Shown one piece after another: positions 38,346 to 48,325 of a stretch of 64,000 nucleotides of DNA. Source of the DNA: a virus (lineage: Duplodnaviria; Caudoviricetes). The stretch's first letter is position 1; every line of letters begins with the position of its first letter. The translations under genes were made by a program, and so were the position numbers. The notes beneath the pieces were generated by a model. The model made no database searches, was not told where the DNA came from, and was given only the letters and a program-made list of their open reading frames with translations. The stretch covers positions 128,001-192,000 of IMG/VR virus record IMGVR_UViG_3300010167_000010. One strand, 5' to 3'.

Positions 38346-40844
38346 TTAGTCCTTTCTAATACGATTTTTTAACCAATCTTCATAATTATTAAAGTCATCG
38401 TATAAATAATTATATAATTCTCTTTTAACTAAAACTGGTTCTACACGTTGATGGGCTGATAATTCTAAATTATGTCTAATAAAAAATTCTTTAGTAATTT
38501 TTTCTACATAATAATCTATCAAAAATTTAATTATAGATCTATCCGAAGCTACACCATCTCTTTCTAAAATTTGTTTTTTCGCATCATCCCAACTTTTTGG
38601 TATTTCTTCAATCATTCTAATTTTAGCAGAATTTTCTGGTTTATCAGGTTTACCATAATAAAAATTTTTTAATTTTTCAGTAACCATTTCTGATAAATTG
38701 TTTTCATAAGTTTTATTTATTTTTTCTGGATCTATATTTAATATATTTTCTGCATAATAATTTATAGTATCATCAGATACATTACAATCAGTAAAAGTAA
38801 TAGTTCCTGTAATTTCTTTTGGTAAAAAATTAACATAATGTTTGTCAAATTCACATTCTTTAAAAATTACATTTCCTGTTAGTTTATTTGGGAAAAAATC
38901 TTCATTATAATTATATTCACTTATATTAGTTAAAATAAAATTTTTACAGATAATTTCTGATATAAGTGCTGGAAATTCCGCTGTACTTTCTAAACCCGTT
39001 ACTGGACTATTATATGCATCAGCTATAGATCTTTTAAATACATGTTTTAATAATATTGGTATTTCTCTTTTACCAAATACAATTCCGTGATTACTATCAT
39101 CATTTAAGAAAACAGTATCGTGGTCTCTTATAGTTAAAGTAAATGTTTGATTACCATTATATTTTAAATCAAAACCTCCTCCAAATTCAGCTTCTATTTC
39201 ATCTAAATCTTTTAAAAACCATTCGACTGCTCTTCCAAATGCTGGTCCATGATCTTCTTTCATATAATCTTTGTTACCAGTAACATCTATAACTCGTTGA
39301 TTTCCTTTTGGAGATTTTTTATTCATTTCTTCTTTTATATCTTTAAAAATTGGATATAAATCTACTTCTTCTAATTTACCATTTGTAGACATTAATTTTT
39401 GAATATAATCTAAATTCATATTATTTCCAATTTGTGTATCTTCTTGGTCCCAAACATTTGCAGTATTTTCTATTGGATTATATTCTATCATAAATTTTTT
39501 ATTTTCAGTTCTATCATATTGCATTAGAAATAAATGACGTTTATGTTGTGTGTAGTTTTTCCAGTGAGTACCTACAGGCCCATAAGCAGTATTTGTTGTA
39601 CCAATACACCACTTTGCTCCTATACCATGTGCATTAAAAGAATTCATAAATACCGCAGCTTTATAGGTAAATGGAGCAACAAATATTTGATCTGAATCAT
39701 GATAATAAACTTTTGTTCCAGGTACGTCTTTCCAAATTGCTGATAAATCTTCACCTGATTTAGATTTTTTTATATTTTTAGACTTAGTTTTTTCAGCTGA
39801 TTCCATTACATCTGAAAAATCAGAAAATTTTAAATTTTTTTTATTCCAATCTATTTTACTTTCTGCGTGTGGATTTTTATTAAAAAAAACTATTAATTTT
39901 TCTTTTTCTTCTTGATCTAAATTAGGTAATTTTTTAATTAGGTGATCTTTCTTTTCTTGTAAATGTTTTGGTAATTCGTAGACATGAGCATCAATAAAAT
40001 CGTATCCTTTTTCGCTAGCAATAGTAGCTCTATGATTTCCATCCATTACACAATATTGATCTTTAAAATGAAAAACATCTATTGGTTTAATATCAATTTT
40101 ACCGTTTCCATCTGAAATATTATCAAATTGTTCCCAATCATAATCATCTGTATCATCATCTTCAAATTCTTGCACTATTTTATTTAATGGTATAGTTTTT
40201 AACTTAGATTTACATTTAGCTTTTATACAATCAGCCCACCATCTATATCTATCATCAGGATCCATTTCTTCAATAGGAAATCCATCCCAATCCATTGATG
40301 GAAATTCAGTATATTTTGATTTTTCATATATTTGATTAAAACTTTCTGTTATACGTTCGTCTTCAATTGGCTCTTCTAATTCATCCATCTCAGCAGCTTT
40401 GGTTTCTTCTTCAACTTCGGTATTTTCTGGAAGTGAAGGTTCTTCAATTGGTGGCTCTACTTCTTCTGGTCCTTTTTGAGCTTTAGTTTCTGCTTCAATT
40501 GGTTTTGCATCAACGTTAGATGTATTCATTTTTGGTAAATCTAAAGTTTCAGCGTGTGATTGAATATCTTCAATATCAGCAGCAACAGTTTCTTCTGCAG
40601 CTTCTGATCTAATGCTATCTTCTGTTCTAGTTCCTTCAGATGGTGTTCCCGCTGGTGCTTCAGGTGCTTCAAGTGGTTCATCGGGTTGTGTTGTTGCTGT
40701 AGCTGTAGATTGTGTACTGCCCATCATTTTTAACATTTCTGGAATATCATTATCTAAGTGCTGTAAAACAGCCCAGATATGTTTACAAATTTGGGTTCCG
40801 GGATGTGATTCTTGTAATAATTCATACTGTTCTTGAAGTGTCAT
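38346..40844 (-). CDS. Multidomain putative virion protein: C-terminal half of a SWIM finger, acidic linker, ParB-like domain and unknown domains
   Basis: ICKHIWAVL at the N-terminus; PIDV...VMDGNHR (ParB/Srx); AKWCI...HWKNY; late promoter abutting the ATG. Confidence 0.65.
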   Translation of the reverse strand: MTLQEQYELLQESHPGTQICKHIWAVLQHLDNDIPEMLKMMGSTQSTATATTQPDEPLEAPEAPAGTPSEGTRTEDSIRSEAAEETVAADIEDIQSHAETLDLPKMNTSNVDAKPIEAETKAQKGPEEVEPPIEEPSLPENTEVEEETKAAEMDELEEPIEDERITESFNQIYEKSKYTEFPSMDWDGFPIEEMDPDDRYRWWADCIKAKCKSKLKTIPLNKIVQEFEDDDTDDYDWEQFDNISDGNGKIDIKPIDVFHFKDQYCVMDGNHRATIASEKGYDFIDAHVYELPKHLQEKKDHLIKKLPNLDQEEKEKLIVFFNKNPHAESKIDWNKKNLKFSDFSDVMESAEKTKSKNIKKSKSGEDLSAIWKDVPGTKVYYHDSDQIFVAPFTYKAAVFMNSFNAHGIGAKWCIGTTNTAYGPVGTHWKNYTQHKRHLFLMQYDRTENKKFMIEYNPIENTANVWDQEDTQIGNNMNLDYIQKLMSTNGKLEEVDLYPIFKDIKEEMNKKSPKGNQRVIDVTGNKDYMKEDHGPAFGRAVEWFLKDLDEIEAEFGGGFDLKYNGNQTFTLTIRDHDTVFLNDDSNHGIVFGKREIPILLKHVFKRSIADAYNSPVTGLESTAEFPALISEIICKNFILTNISEYNYNEDFFPNKLTGNVIFKECEFDKHYVNFLPKEITGTITFTDCNVSDDTINYYAENILNIDPEKINKTYENNLSEMVTEKLKNFYYGKPDKPENSAKIRMIEEIPKSWDDAKKQILERDGVASDRSIIKFLIDYYVEKITKEFFIRHNLELSAHQRVEPVLVKRELYNYLYDDFNNYEDWLKNRIRKD

Positions 40845-40912
40845 ATTATTTAGTTAATTTTTAAAACATATTTCTGTTTACATACTTGTTAACTTAAATA
40901 TAACTAAATAAT

Positions 40913-41494
40913 ATGAATATGTTAAAATGGAAAAAAGATCTAAATAAAGATTGGACTTGGCGAAATTTAGCTGTTAAATATTTTAATTTACAAAAAGGTG
41001 AAATAATTCACCATTTACGAGAAACTGAAGAGCAAAGAGATTTTAACGATAACCATTATGAAAGATGGGGATTTGATTTTGATAGTGAAATGAAATATGC
41101 AATTAAAATGACAGCTGAAGAACATAATAAATATCATTATCAAAATGAAGAAACTAAACAAAAAAGATTAAAAACTTTAAAACAAAATAATAAAAAATGG
41201 ATTATAACAGAAGAACATAGAAAAAAATTAAGCGCAGCTTCTAAAGGGAAATCAAAATCAAAAGATCATATTGAAAATAATAAAAAAGCAAGACAATGGT
41301 ATTTTAATCAAGGTCCTTCTAAAGAAACTAATAAAAAAAGAAGCGATACAATGAAACAAAAATATACTGATGGTGAACTTTTTTCAGAAGAACATAGAAA
41401 AAATTTAAGTATTGCAGCAAAAAAAAGAACACCAATGAGTGAAGAAACTAAAAATAAAATAAGAAATACTTTAAAAAATAAAATTAAACTTTAG
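40913..41494 (+). mobile_element. Free-standing HNH/NUMOD3 homing endonuclease
   Basis: IIHH...EEHNKYH plus repeated (S/T)EEHRKxLS and SEETKNKI NUMOD3-like units. Confidence 0.75.
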
Positions 41495-41969
41495 TCCAAC
41501 CAGACGAGTCATGTCTATTTGCCCATATATCTTTTCCATGTTGACCAGTAAATGACGAATAAGTATTATCTTTTTCATCATCTTTTTCAAACATACCTTG
41601 CCAATAAAATGCGCCACAATCACATTGAACTTTTGCATCACACTTATCAAATACTTGTTGAATTATTTGTTGTTGACTACTGTAAGGTAAAGAATTAAAA
41701 TTAGGCGGAACTATATTTTGTAAGTCTTCAAATCTAATAAAAACTGCATAACCTTTATTTAATCCATGTAATGGTTGACCATTAACTGAAAAATGTGTTG
41801 GTCCGCTTTCTCCAGATGCTTCTACTTCATACAAAACAGTAAAAGAATTAGGATAATTTAATATAGTTTTTATTAGTTGGGCTCTTCCTGTTCCGCCTTT
41901 ATGTATTGCTTTATTAGTTATACCAGAAGTTACAAAATCTTTAAGAAGAGTTTCCCATAATGCATTCAT
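41484..41969 (-). CDS. Protein carrying the N-terminal half of a SWIM zinc finger
   Basis: KVQCDCGAFYWQG with no downstream CxH; late promoter abutting the ATG. Confidence 0.65.
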   Translation of the reverse strand: MNALWETLLKDFVTSGITNKAIHKGGTGRAQLIKTILNYPNSFTVLYEVEASGESGPTHFSVNGQPLHGLNKGYAVFIRFEDLQNIVPPNFNSLPYSSQQQIIQQVFDKCDAKVQCDCGAFYWQGMFEKDDEKDNTYSSFTGQHGKDIWANRHDSSGWTKV

Positions 41970-41993
41970 ATTAGTTAGTAAAACTTAAATAAC

Positions 41994-44243
41994 TTACTCT
42001 TTCTTATCTATTTCATCGTTAATCATATTATCTAAGTCTTCACGAAGTGGTTGTGAAAGCATAACATCTAAATTCATATTTTGTTTTTTAGTATCATTTA
42101 ACATATCAATAACTGTCATTTCTTTTAATCTAGATTTACCATTACTTAATGTACCTGTATCACTTTTATCTAATAATACTTGAAATGTTTCATATAATGG
42201 GTGTGATTCAGTAATTTTTGGTATAAGCATTTCATGTGCAATTCCTGGTCGTTGCCATTCTGTTAAATTTTGTTCTGCAAGCCAATTAAAATAAATATCA
42301 TTTTTACATTCTCTATATCGTTCACTTATTTCTTTTAATCGTCTTCGTGCTTCTTTTATACCATTTCGTTTAATCTTTTCTCGTAATAATTTTTTAGTTT
42401 TTAGATAATATTCACGATGTTCTTTATTCATAGACTCTGGTAATTCGCCGCCCTCTTCACCCATGTCTCCACCAGCGTCTCCACCTTCAGCAGCAATATC
42501 AATATCCATATCTCCACCACCCGCGTCATCACCGCCTTCTCCACTTTCTTCATCTGAAGTATCGGCCGCTTGAGCTGCCGCTTTTGCAATGGCGCTGATT
42601 CTAATCCATCGTTGTAAATCAGTTGGATCTAAGAATGTATATTTAGATAAAATATCAGCAACAACATCTTCTGGTAATGGTTCACCTTCTTCCATTCCGA
42701 GAACTCCTTGTAACATTTCAACAATACTATTTGCTAAATCAATTGCAGCAGTTCTAGCTTCTCTTTTATCTTGTCCCATATCTTCAGCTGGAAATCTCAT
42801 AGATAAAACAAATGGGACATTATAATCAAATTCTCCAGTAATAGCAAAATGTAATCTAATAAGCTGTCCTAAACATTCTAAAAATGATGATTGAATTGTA
42901 TAAACGTGTCTAGCAAATGGTTTATATTGTTCTGTTAATGCAATACCTGAATTACCAAAACCGCCAAATTCTTGATCTAAATAAGATTTTGGAACACCAC
43001 AAGCAATAGCAACTCTATCTTGAAACATTTCTAAATCACCAGTAAAATCCATATCAACTTTACTTTCTTTTACATCAAATTCTAATAAACCATCTGGAAC
43101 CCAAATTTTTGTATTTACAGTATATACTTCTAATGAATTACTCATTGGAGTTACACCAATATTTTCATAATCTTCTCTAACTGAATTAACTGTTTCAAAT
43201 GCTGTGGCAACACCAACACCTTCTGTTCCTTTTACTTTATATAATTGAACTGGAAATGATGATGCTCTAGCTAAACCTTGTAATGCCATGGTGCTATAAC
43301 ATTGTTTAAACGGTGCTAAGGCCATGAGTAATGGTGGTGTTCCGTATGGGAAAAATTCACTATTATCTGCTCTGTATCTAAAATGTGTAATAAGCCAAGG
43401 TGGTACAATTATTCCGTCTGCAAATTCAAATCCGAGTAATTTGGTATCGAACATATCAGCAAAATTTTCATCTAAATCGGCGAGATGATCAGTTCCTGCT
43501 CTTGTAGTTATTAAAGTAACTAATTTATTTATTTTAGACTGACGGTTTTTCATTATTTCATTTTCACCAGTCATTTGTGCAACTACTTCAGCCATGTGAG
43601 CAGCGCTGAATTCTAATCGTTCTCTTAATGATGGAACTTTTAATGGTATGATTCGTTCTACTCCACGTTCTGTAACTCTATGAGCCCAAAGTGCTTCACC
43701 ATATTGTTCGAGATCATAACATGCAGAACTAATACGCTGTTGTGTTAAACCCCATTGTGCAAATAATTCGTAACATTTATTTACAAAAGGAATAGATGGA
43801 GATTCAACTGATAATAATCTATTTTGATCATCTAATTGTGTAGCTTCATCTGAAACTAATTGACATACCCGAGATACAAATGGATCATTTAACACCATAA
43901 ATCTTAATTCATTTAATCTTTGTTGTCGTTCAGCTATATCAGAATAAACTAATGTAGTTTCATTTATATATGCATTAAAATATTTATTTAAAGAAGTTGC
44001 TAATGGTGCCGATTTAAAAACTGAACCTAAAGCAGCATGTTTAATTCTATAAACTTCATTACCTACGTCTACTTTTACAAATCGTAATCCATTAACTTTT
44101 TCAAATTCTGTTTCAGCTTTATTTTTTGTAACACCCTGCCACCCAAATATAGATGACATTCTTTTGGAAAAAGATGACTTAAATATTTCTGATTTAGGTT
44201 TATTTCCTGATGAATAAACCGTTTCTTGTAATTTATCTGCCAT
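41994..44243 (-). CDS. Portal protein, T4 gp20-like
   Basis: ITHFR...PYGTP.L, ARAS, IWVP, ACGVPKSYL, FARHVYTIQ, acidic/Gly tail; late promoter. Confidence 0.8.
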   Translation of the reverse strand: MADKLQETVYSSGNKPKSEIFKSSFSKRMSSIFGWQGVTKNKAETEFEKVNGLRFVKVDVGNEVYRIKHAALGSVFKSAPLATSLNKYFNAYINETTLVYSDIAERQQRLNELRFMVLNDPFVSRVCQLVSDEATQLDDQNRLLSVESPSIPFVNKCYELFAQWGLTQQRISSACYDLEQYGEALWAHRVTERGVERIIPLKVPSLRERLEFSAAHMAEVVAQMTGENEIMKNRQSKINKLVTLITTRAGTDHLADLDENFADMFDTKLLGFEFADGIIVPPWLITHFRYRADNSEFFPYGTPPLLMALAPFKQCYSTMALQGLARASSFPVQLYKVKGTEGVGVATAFETVNSVREDYENIGVTPMSNSLEVYTVNTKIWVPDGLLEFDVKESKVDMDFTGDLEMFQDRVAIACGVPKSYLDQEFGGFGNSGIALTEQYKPFARHVYTIQSSFLECLGQLIRLHFAITGEFDYNVPFVLSMRFPAEDMGQDKREARTAAIDLANSIVEMLQGVLGMEEGEPLPEDVVADILSKYTFLDPTDLQRWIRISAIAKAAAQAADTSDEESGEGGDDAGGGDMDIDIAAEGGDAGGDMGEEGGELPESMNKEHREYYLKTKKLLREKIKRNGIKEARRRLKEISERYRECKNDIYFNWLAEQNLTEWQRPGIAHEMLIPKITESHPLYETFQVLLDKSDTGTLSNGKSRLKEMTVIDMLNDTKKQNMNLDVMLSQPLREDLDNMINDEIDKKE

Positions 44244-44267
44244 AATAATTAGTTTAAAGAGCTATTA

Positions 44268-44921
44268 TTAAATATCATTTAATAATTTAATTGCTTTTCC
44301 TTTTACCAACCATGCTACTCCGAAAAGTACCAACATAATTGCTTCTACGATCCAGATCCACATAACGTGAAAATTAAAATATACTCCGATTGCAGTTACA
44401 GCAAACATTCCTACGATGCCCCAACCACAAATCATATAAATTTTATTTCTTTCTCTTTTTTTATGATTTGAAGTATCACCTTTTGTGAATAACCATAATA
44501 TATTTAATGCTAAAAGCCCAAAAAATACTATAGCACATATATTATGCAACATTGAGGCTACAGGAATAGGTAATGAAAATAATCCAATATGTGTTACTTC
44601 AAGTCCTTTTGGAGATGTTGGAAACAATGCAATACCCATTGCTAAAATGCCAGCACTAATATTTACTAATTTATCTCTCCAATCATACCCAGTATATGTA
44701 ATTAAAAATACCCCTGTCATCATTAATACTGCAACAAAAATATCTCTTGCATTTGTAAAATATGTTGCTGACATACTCCCATACCAAGTACTTGTGGCTG
44801 CGGGATCTAACCACCCAAATAATAAACAAGCAAAAGGTAAAACAATACCTAATACTCCAAGTGTTTGTCTATGTATAAAAAATTGTTTATTTAAGTTCTT
44901 CATTAATTCCAATCTTCCCAT
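44268..44921 (-). CDS. Multi-TM membrane protein, DUF998-like
   Basis: SMSATY...RDIFV, ALFPT, LHNICA, EAIML..FG.AWLVKG. Confidence 0.65.
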   Translation of the reverse strand: MGRLELMKNLNKQFFIHRQTLGVLGIVLPFACLLFGWLDPAATSTWYGSMSATYFTNARDIFVAVLMMTGVFLITYTGYDWRDKLVNISAGILAMGIALFPTSPKGLEVTHIGLFSLPIPVASMLHNICAIVFFGLLALNILWLFTKGDTSNHKKRERNKIYMICGWGIVGMFAVTAIGVYFNFHVMWIWIVEAIMLVLFGVAWLVKGKAIKLLNDI

Positions 44922-46027
44922 TCATCGTCTTCGTATTTATCTTCTAAATCATCTAATGAAACCGCACCATCTGAATCATATTCTGATTCATAGCCACTTT
45001 CATAATCTTCGTCATCTTCAATATCATCTCGATAAACTATATTACCCATATCATCTAGACTATCATCGTCTAAACCAGCACCTTTCCAAATATCTTGTTG
45101 ATGTCTCGAAGCATTAATAGATCCCATAACACCTCCATCAACTTCTTCACCAGTAGAGTTTAATTCTCTTTCAACATCTTCAAGCTCCCAATGATAACAG
45201 AAAACTAAAATTTTCTTTGCTGTTTCTTCATCAATTTCTCCGTCTATTAGTGCTTCAAAAACAGTTTCATCGTATTCTGGTAATTCATTCCAATCAGTAA
45301 GTTGCTGCCAACATTGATCATCTAAATCATCATGTTCCATTCTAAAACGTTCTGTTTTTTGATTACCCCATTCAACATCGTCGTCGTCATCATCACTGCC
45401 TTCCATAGCTCGATACATCATATTTTCATTATTTTCCCAAGTATCATATTCGTAATCATCATCATCTTCTAAGTTTTCTCTAAAAACGCTTTCAAAAAGT
45501 TCTTCTTTTTTAGAATCTGATTTACTATTTTTTGGGGCTTTATAAAGTGTTTCTTTTTTATCCATTTTTTCCATACATGTATTATATATTTGTTTAGAAA
45601 TTCTTCCATATTTATAAAGTGTAGCAATAATTGCCCGCTTCATACTAATAGGACCTTTTTGACTAAAAAATTCTTTAAACTCCGGATCTTTAATAGCAAC
45701 TTCATCAATATAAGCTTTCCAATCATTAGGTGATTTTAATCCTTTATAACCAGAAGCTTTTTGCATCATATCATCTATAGCCTCATCTCTTAATCTAGCT
45801 TTTTTCTTTAATGGATATAATGCTTCTTCTTCATCTCGTAATTTTAAGTCTCTTTCTTTTTTAAATGTTGCAAATTCTTCTGGATATGATTTTTCCCAAT
45901 GTTTATCAGCCCAATTTTTTGCTTTTTTATTTGGTAAATTTTGTAAAAAACTAGCAGCAGTATCACCAGCTCCTTGAATAATATTATCTAATAAACTTTC
46001 TTCTAATATATTGTCAAATGTTTTCAT
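44903..46027 (-). CDS. Highly acidic putative internal head protein
   Basis: MKTFDNILEES leader (start moved to 46027); D/E-rich C-terminal half. Confidence 0.55.
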   Translation of the reverse strand: MKTFDNILEESLLDNIIQGAGDTAASFLQNLPNKKAKNWADKHWEKSYPEEFATFKKERDLKLRDEEEALYPLKKKARLRDEAIDDMMQKASGYKGLKSPNDWKAYIDEVAIKDPEFKEFFSQKGPISMKRAIIATLYKYGRISKQIYNTCMEKMDKKETLYKAPKNSKSDSKKEELFESVFRENLEDDDDYEYDTWENNENMMYRAMEGSDDDDDDVEWGNQKTERFRMEHDDLDDQCWQQLTDWNELPEYDETVFEALIDGEIDEETAKKILVFCYHWELEDVERELNSTGEEVDGGVMGSINASRHQQDIWKGAGLDDDSLDDMGNIVYRDDIEDDEDYESGYESEYDSDGAVSLDDLEDKYEDDEWEDWN

Positions 46028-46032
46028 ATTTA

Positions 46033-46233
46033 TTACATCCAATCCACATCATCAGAACTTAAATTATCCATAATTTCTATAAAAATAACTTCCATTAAAT
46101 TATCTATATCGACTGGCAAAGTTTCAAAAATACTTTTTAAGGCAGTTTCACATTTAGATAAAGCTTCATCAACTTCGAGTTTAGTTGGGGCTGTTTCTTT
46201 TAATTTATAAATTTCTTCAAATAACTTTTCCAT
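46033..46233 (-). CDS. Small putative internal head protein
   Basis: MEKLFEEIYKLKE leader. Confidence 0.5.
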   Translation of the reverse strand: MEKLFEEIYKLKETAPTKLEVDEALSKCETALKSIFETLPVDIDNLMEVIFIEIMDNLSSDDVDWM

Positions 46234-46242
46234 TTTTATCTC

Positions 46243-46770
46243 CTATTTTAATTCCATATTTAAAGATTCAACAAATTCATCAAAAGAAGCATTAGCTAAG
46301 TTTAATCGTTTCCAAGAAGATAAAAATAATCGTACATCTTCTTGAGATATACGTAAATAAATATCTTTTTGTTTCATCGATTTATCTTTTGAGGTTTTAA
46401 TTTGAAGCATTCTTTCGTTATCTGTTTTTATATCGTTTAAATTATAAGCTTGTGGGACTGAAATAATACCTGGTAATATATGAGATTGTTGTGGTATCTC
46501 TTTAGAATATTTTGTAGTAATATCGGCACTTTCAGCTTGTAAATTTATAGAATCTACAATACATTCTTTATATATTTTTAAATTTTGAATTAAATGAGAT
46601 AATGTACCAATTGTTGATTCGATTGCTGTTATAGATGATTTAGAAATTGTTGCTAATATTGAAGCATCTTTTGGTGTTAAATTTTTAGGTGCATAGAATT
46701 CTTCTAATTTTTCTTCTTGTAATGGAGCAAGTGTTTCTTGTTCCTTTAAATCGTTAAAGTGAGTATTCAT
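46243..46770 (-). CDS. Hypothetical late protein
   Basis: Late promoter; LKE, LQE and LEE sites at the N-terminus. Confidence 0.55.
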   Translation of the reverse strand: MNTHFNDLKEQETLAPLQEEKLEEFYAPKNLTPKDASILATISKSSITAIESTIGTLSHLIQNLKIYKECIVDSINLQAESADITTKYSKEIPQQSHILPGIISVPQAYNLNDIKTDNERMLQIKTSKDKSMKQKDIYLRISQEDVRLFLSSWKRLNLANASFDEFVESLNMELK

Positions 46771-46798
46771 AATATTTAGTTACAATAAACTAATTATT

Positions 46799-48268
46799 AT
46801 GAAAGATATAGTCCTTGCAATGTTACAGCAAATACATGAAAAACTTAAAGAATATAGATTACGTGAAGGTTTTAAAACTGAAGCTGATTTTAAAGTTTCT
46901 AAAGTAGTTAATCCTGCTTCAATAAATCTTTGGTCAAATAAAACTAATAAACAACTTTTTAAAGCTGCACAAAAGGGAGATAAAACAGCTCTCGAATATT
47001 TATTTTATAAAATGGAACCAGCAATTCAAGGTGCATTCTGGAGAAGTTATTTAGGACCATCTAATAGTATTAGAAGTTATAGAATTAAACATGAAGATGC
47101 TTGGGAACAATGGTTAGGAATAGCTTGGATGGCAATGACAGAAGGATTTGCCGAACAATATAATGTTAAATATAGTGGTGGCGATGCGTATACTGGTGAA
47201 ATAGAAAAAGAATATAGAGCAAAAGGTGCTCTTAAAAGTTATGATGGAAAAATGGAATTTAATCCAGATAAACTCCCAGAAGAAAAATTAATGAACGTAT
47301 TCGCTGGCCGTTATAAACAAATACTTCATAATGCCGCAAAAAATGTTAACGTATCACAAAAATCTGGTGGAATATCAGGAAGAGAAGTTACTGGCGGAAG
47401 TGCTGGTGGAGATTCTGGTTTGTTATCAGTACATCAATATGAACCAACTTGGGTTGAAGGTAAAGATGATGCTGGTGATGATGAAATAGCTACTAGTAAA
47501 GGTCATAAAGATAATACATTTGAAGAAATGTATGAAGATGCTTTTAAAGATTCAGATGATAAAATGGAAAATGATAGCTTCTTAAAACGATGGAAAGAAT
47601 TTGCACAAGATCCAGCACTTAGACAAAATACTAAAGGTGTTACTGTTGCTGATGTTTTCTTTGAAGCTATAGATAATCCAAATGCTGAAATGAGAGCAAT
47701 GGGGACTAAATTAGGAATTGCTAGAAATTCTATTTCTACTCTTTTACATAAAGCACACGAAATATTAGGCACACATAATATTTCTGGAAGTGAATTAATG
47801 AATGCAATTAAATATAATGGTAATGACGTTGTTGCTTCTTATTTAAAATATGCTGATACAGATGTAGAAGATAAACCTGCAATGGATGATAATAGCCCAG
47901 CTGAAAAAACACAAAATGCAAATAATCCATCAACTAAACGAATACAAAAAAGTGTTCAAAATGCAGATTTTACAGAACAATTTAAACAAGCCTTTTATGA
48001 TAATAAAATGTGGGTACCTCACAAACAAGGTGCTGATGCTGCAAATTTAATTTTATGGTGGATAAATGATGATTATCCAACAAATAATGAATTAGCTTCT
48101 GAATATCAACTAAAACAAAAAGATGTAGATTATTGGATGAGAAGAGCTTGGGGCACACTTAAAAAATATGGTGTCTCAGAACAAGATATAAAAGATGCAG
48201 TAAATCAACATGGTAAAAAAGTGATAACAGATCTAATTGGAGAAGACGACCCAGATCACTGGACATAA
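46799..48268 (+). CDS. Sigma70-family-like protein with a duplicated C-terminal HTH module
   Basis: 'LFKAAQKGDKTALEYLF' (region 1.2/2-like) and two homologous modules of about 90 aa containing region-4-like HTHs. Confidence 0.5.
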   Translation: MKDIVLAMLQQIHEKLKEYRLREGFKTEADFKVSKVVNPASINLWSNKTNKQLFKAAQKGDKTALEYLFYKMEPAIQGAFWRSYLGPSNSIRSYRIKHEDAWEQWLGIAWMAMTEGFAEQYNVKYSGGDAYTGEIEKEYRAKGALKSYDGKMEFNPDKLPEEKLMNVFAGRYKQILHNAAKNVNVSQKSGGISGREVTGGSAGGDSGLLSVHQYEPTWVEGKDDAGDDEIATSKGHKDNTFEEMYEDAFKDSDDKMENDSFLKRWKEFAQDPALRQNTKGVTVADVFFEAIDNPNAEMRAMGTKLGIARNSISTLLHKAHEILGTHNISGSELMNAIKYNGNDVVASYLKYADTDVEDKPAMDDNSPAEKTQNANNPSTKRIQKSVQNADFTEQFKQAFYDNKMWVPHKQGADAANLILWWINDDYPTNNELASEYQLKQKDVDYWMRRAWGTLKKYGVSEQDIKDAVNQHGKKVITDLIGEDDPDHWT

Positions 48269-48297
48269 TTGAACTTTCTAATCATATTTCTTATATA
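48269..48297 (+). promoter_or_regulatory. Early sigma70-like promoter (class E)
   Basis: TTGAAC-17 nt-TATATA. Confidence 0.7.
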
Positions 48298-48325
48298 TTA
48301 TTATAATAATTTGGAAGGAAGAACA

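Noticed and set aside
44485-45117. 210-aa plus-strand ORF and similar antisense ORFs (14817, 15204, 17507, 26218, 36429, 40612, 42589, 47503, 57028)
   Set aside because: They lie opposite well-supported genes and lack expression signals or recognisable motifs.
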